This document shows positions 19,044-26,991 of a stretch of DNA of 44,699 bases, piece after piece. A program made the position numbers and the translations under genes. Under the pieces are notes generated by a model, which saw only the letters and a list, made by a program, of their open reading frames with translations, searched no databases and was not told the origin of the DNA. Where the stretch lies: positions 1-44,699 of IMG/VR virus record IMGVR_UViG_3300020045_017028; one strand, 5' to 3'. This DNA is from a virus. Lineage: Duplodnaviria > Caudoviricetes. Every line of letters begins with the position of its first letter. Position 1 is the stretch's first letter.

Positions 19044-19253
19044 CTATGACTCGCCTGCAATAGATGTAATGGTATCCCATGACATAAAGGCGCAGTCAAT
19101 GTTGAAGGCCATAGACAAAGATGCCAATTTGGCAAATTCGACCTCTATAAACTCGTTTGAGTCTTCGGTGACAATTTGGCAGTAATGCCTTAATTTTCCG
19201 TTACAATCAATCGTTTCTATCAATCCGACTGAGGCAGTGGTTAATGTTTCCAT
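19044..19253 (-). CDS. Hypothetical protein (69 aa)
   Basis: ATG-start ORF on the coding strand with an A-rich leader. Confidence 0.6.
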   Translation of the reverse strand: METLTTASVGLIETIDCNGKLRHYCQIVTEDSNEFIEVEFAKLASLSMAFNIDCAFMSWDTITSIAGES

Positions 19254-19256
19254 ATA

Positions 19257-19385
19257 TTATAAATTTTCGGTATCAATAATGTACAATACAAAATAAATGA
19301 TTGCGACTACAATAGGAGTACACAACAAACATTTGTTTACAATTGCGGTTTGTTTGGCAATAGCCAGTTTTTTGATTTTTGTCAT
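19257..19385 (-). CDS. Small membrane peptide (42 aa)
   Basis: Manual translation MTKIKKLAIAKQTAIVNKCLLCTPIVVAIIYFVLYIIDTENL. Confidence 0.55.
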   Translation of the reverse strand: MTKIKKLAIAKQTAIVNKCLLCTPIVVAIIYFVLYIIDTENL

Positions 19386-19407
19386 AGCATTTAATTAATT
19401 GATTGTT

Positions 19408-19443
19408 TAAAATAAGCGAAGCAAACATTATGTTTGCTTCGCT
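19408..19443 (-). terminator. Intrinsic terminator
   Basis: AGCGAAGCAAACA/TGTTTGCTTCGCT 13-bp stem followed by TATTTT on the minus strand. Confidence 0.7.
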
Positions 19444-19465
19444 GTGAATGTTTGCAAACCAATGA

Positions 19466-20110
19466 TTATTTAACCAATGATTTGTTGTAATTGTTTACCG
19501 TATGCCATGCGGTTGAACGTGGAACGCCCGCTGTTTCCATTGCTTTACGGCTTTGAGCGTCTGTCATTCCGGCAGCAATGTTTGCTAAATGTGCAGCTAA
19601 ATTTTCGCCGTCGGTTGTTTGTTTTTCTGCGCCTCCGGTAGTTGATGATCCTCCGCCCGATTTGGGTAAAGCAAATTTGGCTAACAATTCATTGTTAACT
19701 GTTTCAATTGCTGCTTCGAATGGCAATTGCAATTCAGGTTTAGATTCCCATTGAGCAGCTTTGAACGCTTCGAACAATTCAACGCTACCAAACAAAGCAA
19801 CAAATTGGGCAATGTTTAATTGTACCCGTTCGTTACGTGCAATTTGCAGTTCAGCTAAACGTTCTGTATTAACAATGTTTGCAATTTCCGCTTTAATCAA
19901 TTGGTCGATTTTGTAAGCGTCCAATAAAGCAGCGTTCTCTTCATCGCTGTCAGGTTCGAAAGTACGTGCAAGCATTTTGGCTGCTTTGCGCTGTTCCCGT
20001 AATTCGATTAGCTTTGCGCTTGTTGGCTCCGGTTTAACGATTGCTACAACTGGTGTTTCAGCAACTGGTGTTTCGGTGGCTGGTGTTTCAGCCTTGATGA
20101 TTTTTGCCAT
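19466..20110 (-). CDS. Putative early protein: helical domain, G/S/T linker, C-terminal HTH-like domain
   Basis: 214 aa with N-terminal ETP repeats. C-terminus MTDAQSRKAMETAGVPRSTAWHTVNNY resembles an HTH. Has its own promoter and terminator. Confidence 0.75.
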   Translation of the reverse strand: MAKIIKAETPATETPVAETPVVAIVKPEPTSAKLIELREQRKAAKMLARTFEPDSDEENAALLDAYKIDQLIKAEIANIVNTERLAELQIARNERVQLNIAQFVALFGSVELFEAFKAAQWESKPELQLPFEAAIETVNNELLAKFALPKSGGGSSTTGGAEKQTTDGENLAAHLANIAAGMTDAQSRKAMETAGVPRSTAWHTVNNYNKSLVK

Positions 20111-20185
20111 AATATATATGTGTTGTGGCTTTGGAGCAATATTATTGCTTGTAATCCATTGCCGGTTAAAAAATGCAAATTTTCC

Positions 20186-20201
20186 GATATGTCAAAGAAA
20201 C
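20186..20201 (-). promoter_or_regulatory. boxA-like antitermination signal
   Basis: Minus strand GTTTCTTTGACATATC in the long leader downstream of the promoter; resembles rRNA-leader boxA (TCTTTRACA). Confidence 0.5.
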
Positions 20202-20286
20202 TGTATGTAGCAGCCCGACGGCTTATGTACACATATTAATGTTATTAGCTATGTAACCGTTGTTACTGCTTCAATCATTAACAATA

Positions 20287-20318
20287 CAAATGTACAACGT
20301 ATATTAATACAATCCAAA
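20287..20318 (-). promoter_or_regulatory. Consensus Bacteroidota sigma promoter
   Basis: TTTG (20315-20318), 20-nt spacer, TACATTTG (20287-20294), a perfect TAnnTTTG. Confidence 0.75.
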
Positions 20319-20687
20319 TATTTTTGTCCAATTTTCGGGCTTTAACATAATTTTAACATTTAGCTTAATCATATTAATAATTTATATAATCTGCTCATAA
20401 ATCAATTATCTCGGTTGTCAGCGTATAACCGTATCAAAACCGCTCACCTGTCCATAAAACGGCTTAAAATGCTTTTAAACACATACTGACAAAGAGACGT
20501 TAAAATTGATTAATAAATGCCAAATTGTCGTAAATTGTGGTATGGCTGAAAAAAGAAATGAGTTAAACACAGTACCATGCAAAACAAAATACTGCACAAT
20601 ACACAATTCATTGTATTGCATGGTACAATATAATATTGCAGTACCTGATAATACAAGCTATCTGGCCATGCAAACATCCGTACACAG

Positions 20688-20728
20688 AAAAACATCTGGA
20701 AAATCTGATTTTTCAGTTTTTCCAGATG
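20688..20728 (-). terminator. Intrinsic terminator after terS
   Basis: CATCTGGAAAA...TTTTCCAGATG stem followed by TTTTT on the minus strand. Confidence 0.7.
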
Positions 20729-20748
20729 CAAATTGCTCTATTGGGTTT

Positions 20749-21294
20749 CTATTTCTCTTCTCCAGGAAATAACTTGTTTTCAGATTCCAGTTTTTGCAAA
20801 ACTTCACTTTCAGATTCTGACAACTCTGGTAGTCCATGAACATGGTTGATAGTGATATTTGCAGGAGGCGTATCATCTTTCTCGATATTATGCAACCGGC
20901 CCACGAGTATTGGGTTAAATAGGTCTAATGCTGCATAAGTCATGTTTTGGTCATGAATTATATACAGTATCTTGCTTACCACTATGTACCAGTCTGGTGC
21001 TGTTTCCTTTGCTGCACGCATATCCTTGAGGTATTCTTCTAACACATTGCAGTGAAGGCATAACCCCTTGATCGTGTACATTACAGGAAGTTCCACAATG
21101 AATTTCTTACCAGCATCTTTACCTGTCATTGCAGTTTTCTTAATCTCAATTGGGTTATCTTTACACCACTTAAAGTAGCTTATTGCATTATCCCATAGTT
21201 CTTCAGGAGTGTTTGATTGTATATCTCTATAATTGTCGACAACCTCCCATTGTTGTTGACTGGTGTACTTTAGCGAATCATTTTTGTCTTCCAT
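20749..21294 (-). CDS. terS: Terminase small subunit (P22 gp3-like DNA packaging protein)
   Basis: TPEELWDNAISYFKWCKDNP...YTIKGLCLHCNV...AALDLFNP matches the gp3-like family pattern. Confidence 0.85.
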   Translation of the reverse strand: MEDKNDSLKYTSQQQWEVVDNYRDIQSNTPEELWDNAISYFKWCKDNPIEIKKTAMTGKDAGKKFIVELPVMYTIKGLCLHCNVLEEYLKDMRAAKETAPDWYIVVSKILYIIHDQNMTYAALDLFNPILVGRLHNIEKDDTPPANITINHVHGLPELSESESEVLQKLESENKLFPGEEK

Positions 21295-21679
21295 AATATC
21301 TCATTAATCTGCTTATTATAAATTTAGTGAATTCCTCAAAAGTATAAATTAGAACGTATTCATGTCCACGAGGTCTTACTTTGTTCATAAAGTCTATTTG
21401 TGGATCAGATTGTGTACCTCCAGGTATTTTCATCTCTATGAAATAAACCTTATCAGTTACAAATATCATGTCCGACACTCCAGGCATTGTACCTGTAGCT
21501 TTCAACTTATTAGCCTCCAATGGTACCATTTTCCATCCAGTTGCTGTCATAACTCGTTTCATAGGTCGTTCGCCACCATTAGGTACTGCAAACAACATCC
21601 TACGTTCTGCAGGAAATTCGTTATCAAACCATTTAAAGCACTTGGCCTGTAGCTGGTCTTCTGTCATTGTATCCGCCAT
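21278..21679 (-). CDS. VRR-NUC domain nuclease (Holliday junction resolvase-like)
   Basis: Motifs TEDQLQ, FAVPNGGER and GVSDMIF..FIEMK..GTQSDPQ. Confidence 0.88.
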   Translation of the reverse strand: MADTMTEDQLQAKCFKWFDNEFPAERRMLFAVPNGGERPMKRVMTATGWKMVPLEANKLKATGTMPGVSDMIFVTDKVYFIEMKIPGGTQSDPQIDFMNKVRPRGHEYVLIYTFEEFTKFIISRLMRYYGRQK

Positions 21680-22005
21680 AATGTATATGTTATTTTATTG
21701 TTTTCAGTTCTTTTTTCCCATCTAAATATCTTGTTTCGTAAGTAATCGCCTATTGAGTTTTGTGGCTTAACACGCCTTCGTCTCATCCCATTGCCAGCTG
21801 TCTTTCCAGCCAACGTGAAATTCTCCAGCTTATCAAATCGTTCAAGCCATTTAATTACAATTTCTCCTTTTGGTGTGAGATCACCTGTGTCCTGATCTTC
21901 TTCGAATCCGCTAATAGATGCAGACATCATATTCTCATATGTGTAAAACATCTTACGGGCAAACTCTTTTGGATCGTCTTCTTTGGTTATAAATTCTACT
22001 GCCAT
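21664..22005 (-). CDS. Hypothetical protein
   Basis: 113-aa ORF overlapping the VRR-NUC start. Confidence 0.7.
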   Translation of the reverse strand: MAVEFITKEDDPKEFARKMFYTYENMMSASISGFEEDQDTGDLTPKGEIVIKWLERFDKLENFTLAGKTAGNGMRRRRVKPQNSIGDYLRNKIFRWEKRTENNKITYTLWRIQ

Positions 22006-22050
22006 GATATATGTTTAGTGGTTAGTTACATTCAATAATCGTGCCAAACG

Positions 22051-22556
22051 TTGTAGTATCAAGCCCACTACGTATGAAACCCACGCCCAGCACGCCATAT
22101 TAATTTTTTTATAATTTGTGTAGTAGGTCGATTACCACGTACAAATCGCTGAAAATCAATCATTTACGACCAAAAAATGCCATTTGTAGTGGGTTCAAAT
22201 GAATCGGAGCATTGTAAAAAATAGCAAAAATAAAAAAATGTAAATTAAGGAAACAACAGTTATCAGAATTGGAGATTACAGATACTTACGATTCCTTATT
22301 TTGCATCATGAAAAATTTTACCCCAAAATGCCCACGGTTTTCAAATATGCCGACTACATCTACTACAATTAATTTTAGCTTTATAACGTGTTGATTTTCA
22401 ATGTGTTACAATGTAGTGGGTATCCGTCATTTTGACATTTTGTCACACTACACATATTAATAAAAAATAGCATAAAGCACGCCCAGCAAGGGTTTCAAGC
22501 GTAGTGGGCAAATTTCCATGACAAGCGGACAAATGTCCATAATGCCATATTGTCAT
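22051..22556. repeat. Repeat-rich non-coding region, candidate replication origin
   Basis: 20-bp inverted repeats at 22063-22082 and 22490-22509, multiple GTAGT(G/A)GG copies, an A-rich centre and CACGCCCAGCA twice. Confidence 0.65.
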
Positions 22557-22565
22557 GATCTAAGG

Positions 22566-23036
22566 TCAACCTGGAAAAGATTTCCTGAACATAGCACCAA
22601 CATTCTTCTTACCTTTAACCATATCAATAAATTCAGGCTTGAATCTACACCTGAAATATTCGTAATCAGGCTTATTAACTATCCAAACTTCAAGATTATA
22701 AACAATTGCTGATACTTTAGATGCTATACCTTTTCTATATGTAACAGTGTTTGCGTGTTTAATATCCTTTTTAAGTAATTCTCTATCCTGAATTATTTGC
22801 TTAACTGTTTGGTTTGACAATACATGAGTTGATTTGATAGTTTCTTCACTCTTTCTATCAATTACAAATTTCTTAATGTTTTTATCAGATAAGTGCTTAT
22901 ACAGAAAAAGCCAAAGACGCGTGTCTGGCTTTAGCTGATCAAATAAATCATGCTTTTCTTTTGTGGATAGTTTCTTTACTTGGTTGTTTGTCATATTATC
23001 CTTGATCTCCTTCGTTAAAAATTCCTTTTGCTTCAA
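22566..23036 (-). CDS. Hypothetical basic protein
   Basis: K-rich ORF on the coding strand; the true start may be the internal MTNNQ. Confidence 0.65.
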   Translation of the reverse strand: MKQKEFLTKEIKDNMTNNQVKKLSTKEKHDLFDQLKPDTRLWLFLYKHLSDKNIKKFVIDRKSEETIKSTHVLSNQTVKQIIQDRELLKKDIKHANTVTYRKGIASKVSAIVYNLEVWIVNKPDYEYFRCRFKPEFIDMVKGKKNVGAMFRKSFPG

Positions 23037-23262
23037 GTTCTATGCTTGATATAGAACTTATAGGTTTTTCAATGTCGTGAAATGCAAGTTTAATAGTTAC
23101 CTTTCCTGTATAATTATCGTTTTTACTTGTATCCATTACCTGATAAACCTCTCGCATATTGCCATGTTCATCAAGAAGGTACAATCTATTTTTATGTGAC
23201 ATTTCAAGACCTTCTTTCAGGTGTTTATTATTGGTCTTGAATGTTAATGATGGTTCGCTCAT
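22996..23262 (-). CDS. Hypothetical protein
   Basis: 88-aa ORF in a tightly packed operon. Confidence 0.65.
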   Translation of the reverse strand: MSEPSLTFKTNNKHLKEGLEMSHKNRLYLLDEHGNMREVYQVMDTSKNDNYTGKVTIKLAFHDIEKPISSISSIELEAKGIFNEGDQG

Positions 23263-23266
23263 AGTA

Positions 23267-23707
23267 TTACAGTTGTTTTGCTGCTTCTTTAATTGTTTCT
23301 GCTAATTTGTTGAATGAAGTTTTAGGTGTTTCATATTCACCTGGAATAGGCCCATTGTTTACAGGCTTTGAAAGATGTTTTTGGTATATCTTATCTGAAT
23401 TAAGTATACACTTATTCAATGTAGTGTTTGCACATCTTGACATATTATGCCCGTGCGAAGATGCTAAAATTGAAAGTGTAACTAAAACATCTCCAATTTC
23501 TTCAGGAACAGAACCTTTTTCCCGGGAGAATACGTAGTCAACCAGCTTTAATACATCTTCTTTTGAAATGTCATTTGCCTGAACCAATTCCAATGATTCC
23601 TCAATGAAACGATAGCTACGTTCTTTATGGTCGTTTGCTACATAGCTACCAAATGTAGATATTGACCAGCTGAAAGACTTTTGTTGAAATTCTGATAGAA
23701 AATTCAT
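23267..23707 (-). CDS. MazG-like nucleotide pyrophosphohydrolase
   Basis: Motifs RFIEESLELVQA and EEIGDVLVTL. Confidence 0.75.
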   Translation of the reverse strand: MNFLSEFQQKSFSWSISTFGSYVANDHKERSYRFIEESLELVQANDISKEDVLKLVDYVFSREKGSVPEEIGDVLVTLSILASSHGHNMSRCANTTLNKCILNSDKIYQKHLSKPVNNGPIPGEYETPKTSFNKLAETIKEAAKQL

Positions 23708-23708
23708 G

Positions 23709-23909
23709 TTATTGAGTTTTATTAATTAAGGGATTTTCTTTATTCCATTTATCTACAGCTTCTCCAAAAGTCCAATTAATACCATTTTGAAATTGACCGC
23801 AGTCATGACACTGTACTGCCCAACATGGAACCATATCGTCACTATCTAAATCAGGCGTTTTTTCAGACCCACATTTACAAGGATTTAGTTTTTGAGAATG
23901 TATAAGCAT
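23709..23909 (-). CDS. Lar-family restriction alleviation-like zinc protein
   Basis: LNPCKCG..VQCHDCG..EAVDKWN. Confidence 0.75.
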   Translation of the reverse strand: MLIHSQKLNPCKCGSEKTPDLDSDDMVPCWAVQCHDCGQFQNGINWTFGEAVDKWNKENPLINKTQ

Positions 23910-23935
23910 AGTTTTAAAATTGAAGTGTTTCTGAA

Positions 23936-24394
23936 TTAATTGTCTTTTAATTTAGAATTTTGATTAATAATATTTGCAAGATCGAAAACGTATGCAGATA
24001 TAAGGTAAGCAATTGAAACGGCAACAGGAATCCACAAAGGAGAAAGTATCCACCACCATGACCAGTCAATTTTATCTGATAGTTTAAGTACCAATAACAC
24101 CAAGAAAAACAGTTCGTGTACCTTACGTTGCCTTGGTGTGTCTTTAACAGGTTCATCTTTTTCTTCAACAGTGTCAATGAAGTATGTTTCATAACTGGAG
24201 AACTTTAAACATTGATCAGATAAAGGCTTTTTTACATAAACAGTAAAGTCTTTCAAATTATTGTTTTTAACTACAACAACATCATGTAATATATAAGGGC
24301 CAGTTAAACCTGCTATATAAACATTTTGACCAACCCTTGATTTAATTTCTTCAAAAGTTAGTTTATTACCTAATACTAATATATGTTTTTTCAT
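23936..24394 (-). CDS. Membrane protein with LKL..IDWSWWWILSPLWIP motif
   Basis: C-terminal double hydrophobic segment of a recurrent small phage membrane family, fused to a soluble N-terminal region. Confidence 0.7.
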   Translation of the reverse strand: MKKHILVLGNKLTFEEIKSRVGQNVYIAGLTGPYILHDVVVVKNNNLKDFTVYVKKPLSDQCLKFSSYETYFIDTVEEKDEPVKDTPRQRKVHELFFLVLLVLKLSDKIDWSWWWILSPLWIPVAVSIAYLISAYVFDLANIINQNSKLKDN

Positions 24395-24472
24395 TTTAAT
24401 TGTATTTTAAGTTTGCAATTTTTTTAACTTGAAGTTGGGTGTATATCTATCATTACAATATTTTTTCACCTC

Positions 24473-24501
24473 AAAACCCCGACTCATTTACGAGTCCGGG
24501 G
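24473..24501 (-). terminator. Intrinsic terminator
   Basis: Minus strand CCCCGGACTC-GTAAAT-GAGTCGGGG followed by TTTT. Confidence 0.65.
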
Positions 24502-24511
24502 TAATAAGTAA

Positions 24512-24739
24512 TTAATTATTGTTTCCATTATACCCGCAATACTTTGCACCAAGAGTTCTGTAAACAGTTATTTGGTTAAAAGCATCCATTGAATAATGAT
24601 CGCAATAAGTCTGGAGACAACCATCTCTAACATAATCTCCATACACTTCCCATGATGCCTTAGCTGATGCCGAAAGAGGAAGTGCCATTGTTGCTAAAAT
24701 AGCAAGATACACAAACAAAAACGATATTCTTTTTCTCAT
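24512..24739 (-). CDS. Small secreted protein with signal peptide
   Basis: Starts MRKRISFLFVYLAILATMALPLSASA|K; three Cys in the mature part. Confidence 0.65.
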   Translation of the reverse strand: MRKRISFLFVYLAILATMALPLSASAKASWEVYGDYVRDGCLQTYCDHYSMDAFNQITVYRTLGAKYCGYNGNNN

Positions 24740-24781
24740 TTTTATGTATGAACCGATAAGCCGATTCCTGCTTTAATTTTA

Positions 24782-25021
24782 CTACCTATGATACCTTTTA
24801 TCAGGATCGTCGTCATCTTCTTCGTCAAGATCTTTCATCATTTCATTCCACTCTTCAGGAGTAGTTCCAGTTAATATGAACTCACGGTGATCTGCAGAAA
24901 TATTAGGCATTGCATTTTGAATATTAACTCCAGATTCATATGCTGCCATCTGATCAACTGTTACAGGTATTTCAATTTCATGTTCTTTACCTGAGAATTT
25001 GCTTTTTCTTTTTATTAGCAT
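24782..25021 (-). CDS. Conserved hypothetical phage protein
   Basis: IQNAMPNISADHREFILTGTTPEEW pattern typical of a widespread small phage family. Confidence 0.7.
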   Translation of the reverse strand: MLIKRKSKFSGKEHEIEIPVTVDQMAAYESGVNIQNAMPNISADHREFILTGTTPEEWNEMMKDLDEEDDDDPDKRYHR

Positions 25022-25047
25022 ATTTTTGTTTTTGTGGACAAGCTGAC

Positions 25048-25392
25048 TTATATCAGTGCCTCTGTTTCTAAAATTGTTTCTAAAATCATTATCCTATATT
25101 CAATACAGGATACAATTTCATATTTTGTTTTACAATGATAAGGTTTTTCTCCCCACCATTTTCCATCATCAGAGTACTTTTTTATTATTGTTGACATAGA
25201 GTTATAATTATGCAACATCTCTGAACTATTATCAGCAAAAGATGCCATTGCCTGACAAACTCCATTACCTACATTATGAGCAAGTGCGGCATAAAAAGCC
25301 TCTTCAACATTAGGTTGGGCAATAATATCTTCAAGTGCTGAATTGTATTTTTCAAGCAATTTTGCTACTATTTTAGACTGTGTCATTTCCAT
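25048..25392 (-). CDS. Hypothetical protein (probable paralogue of 26611-26991)
   Basis: Shared GVC and W..C..K...RI pattern. Confidence 0.7.
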   Translation of the reverse strand: MEMTQSKIVAKLLEKYNSALEDIIAQPNVEEAFYAALAHNVGNGVCQAMASFADNSSEMLHNYNSMSTIIKKYSDDGKWWGEKPYHCKTKYEIVSCIEYRIMILETILETEALI

Positions 25393-25673
25393 ACTAAAAA
25401 GAATGTTGCAGTTATCATGATTGTAAGGAAAACATAGAAAAACATAGATGCCATAACTAAAGCATTTACAAGTTTTATGCTTTGTGGAGTTTCCTGAGGA
25501 CGGTTGTAAACATCATTTGTTGTAACTATCGAAACAACTTCTGATATATTACAATGTATTACTTCAAGAGATTTAAACTCTATCCACAAAAACATTGGAT
25601 CGTTTTGCACAGTTCCGAAACTAACATTATTATGTATAGTCCCGTCCTTTAACTCTATTTTAAACTTATTCAT
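25383..25673 (-). CDS. Hypothetical protein with C-terminal transmembrane helix
   Basis: Hydrophobic C-terminus LVMASMFFYVFLTIMITATFFLVW. Confidence 0.65.
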   Translation of the reverse strand: MNKFKIELKDGTIHNNVSFGTVQNDPMFLWIEFKSLEVIHCNISEVVSIVTTNDVYNRPQETPQSIKLVNALVMASMFFYVFLTIMITATFFLVWK

Positions 25674-25884
25674 AAACTGTAAAGTTTTTAAGCAAAAGCC
25701 TTAAAGCTTCAGCCTTGCGCAAATTACAAACAACTCTAAACTCTATTATATTGTCGAACGGAGTTCTTACCCATTGTTCACAGATATATCCGTTAGATGA
25801 TAACATCTCTTCAACTTTCTTTTGTTGAGATTTTTTCATTTTAAACTTTAAAACAAAGTTTGAGTTGAGTTGTAATTCTTGCAT
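25666..25884 (-). CDS. Hypothetical protein
   Basis: ORF coupled to the next gene; start uncertain. Confidence 0.55.
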   Translation of the reverse strand: MQELQLNSNFVLKFKMKKSQQKKVEEMLSSNGYICEQWVRTPFDNIIEFRVVCNLRKAEALRLLLKNFTVYE

Positions 25885-25902
25885 CGTTAAAGATTTTGTT
25901 TG

Positions 25903-26307
25903 TTAATCTATTTGGTACTCGTCATTTCCTCCATCAACCTGTTCTCCTAACGGAGTTTCTTCAGGAAAAGGAAATTCTGGATCTAAACCTGTAAGATTGT
26001 CAACCAAAACAGAATTTGCCAGGTCATTTCCTGAAAACTGTTCATCAAACGGTGCGCCTTTTTGAACATTTTCAGAAATTTGCATTTCTGTTTGAATTAG
26101 CAAAGACTGGCATTTTAAAGTAAGTTTACTAATACAATCTTCAGGAGTAGAACACCTTATGTATTCAGATCCATGTGATAAATAAACCTGAAAAATAGGA
26201 GATTTTTCATAGTGCCATTGTTCTACATTACATAAGAACGTTTTGTTTTCAAAATCACTCTTTTCGATCAGATCTCTCGTCTGACTCATAAATTCTTGAA
26301 AAGTCAT
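25903..26307 (-). CDS. Hypothetical protein with acidic C-terminal tail
   Basis: 134-aa ORF on the coding strand. Confidence 0.65.
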   Translation of the reverse strand: MTFQEFMSQTRDLIEKSDFENKTFLCNVEQWHYEKSPIFQVYLSHGSEYIRCSTPEDCISKLTLKCQSLLIQTEMQISENVQKGAPFDEQFSGNDLANSVLVDNLTGLDPEFPFPEETPLGEQVDGGNDEYQID

Positions 26308-26413
26308 AGCTTAAAAATTTAATTGTTAATAATAAAGGAACTAAAAATATTGATGCTGTCAAAGATAAACAACCTAAAACAGCAAGTTTAAATGTTTTTA
26401 TCATAAGAAGTTT

Positions 26414-26653
26414 TTAACGTAATGAACCTGGATAAGGATCTCTAAAATTCTTTGGTTTTATTTTAGTTTTTACAGGAAACCATAACGCATCGTATCTTAA
26501 TTTAGGAAACAAGTTTCCATTTTCAAGTACATACATTTCAGTTCCATCGTCATCTGTTATTGTTTCAACAATTACAGGTGCTGTTTGAGATGCTTTGTCA
26601 GCCTTAAAATCTATTGATTGTCTGTGTCCAGTTCCGCTTTTAAAAGTGTGCAT
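26414..26653 (-). CDS. Hypothetical protein
   Basis: 79-aa ORF. Confidence 0.6.
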   Translation of the reverse strand: MHTFKSGTGHRQSIDFKADKASQTAPVIVETITDDDGTEMYVLENGNLFPKLRYDALWFPVKTKIKPKNFRDPYPGSLR

Positions 26654-26991
26654 AACTCTTGCATTTTATTTATTCTGAAATTAAGAAGTTCTATGTTTTT
26701 TTCTTTAGAGAAACAATCTCTTGTATATGATGTCCAACATGAACCGTATAATCTAATGTGATAGTTACTATATAAAGAATTACAAAACGCTGCAGAAGAG
26801 CAAAAGCACACTCCACGATCGCAAGCGCTATGTATTATTATTCTATACTCTCCTAATACAGAATATTCTTCAACACAATTTTGATAATGAGGAATAAGTT
26901 TATCAGAAATAAATTCAAGAAGTTTTTCTCTATTCATCCAATAACCAGCAGATATTTCATCTGTTACTATATCACCGTCTTTGTATTCCAT
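26611..26991 (-). CDS. Cys-rich hypothetical protein (probable paralogue of 25048-25392)
   Basis: Shared GVC and W..C..K...RI pattern. Confidence 0.7.
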   Translation of the reverse strand: MEYKDGDIVTDEISAGYWMNREKLLEFISDKLIPHYQNCVEEYSVLGEYRIIIHSACDRGVCFCSSAAFCNSLYSNYHIRLYGSCWTSYTRDCFSKEKNIELLNFRINKMQELCTLLKAELDTDNQ

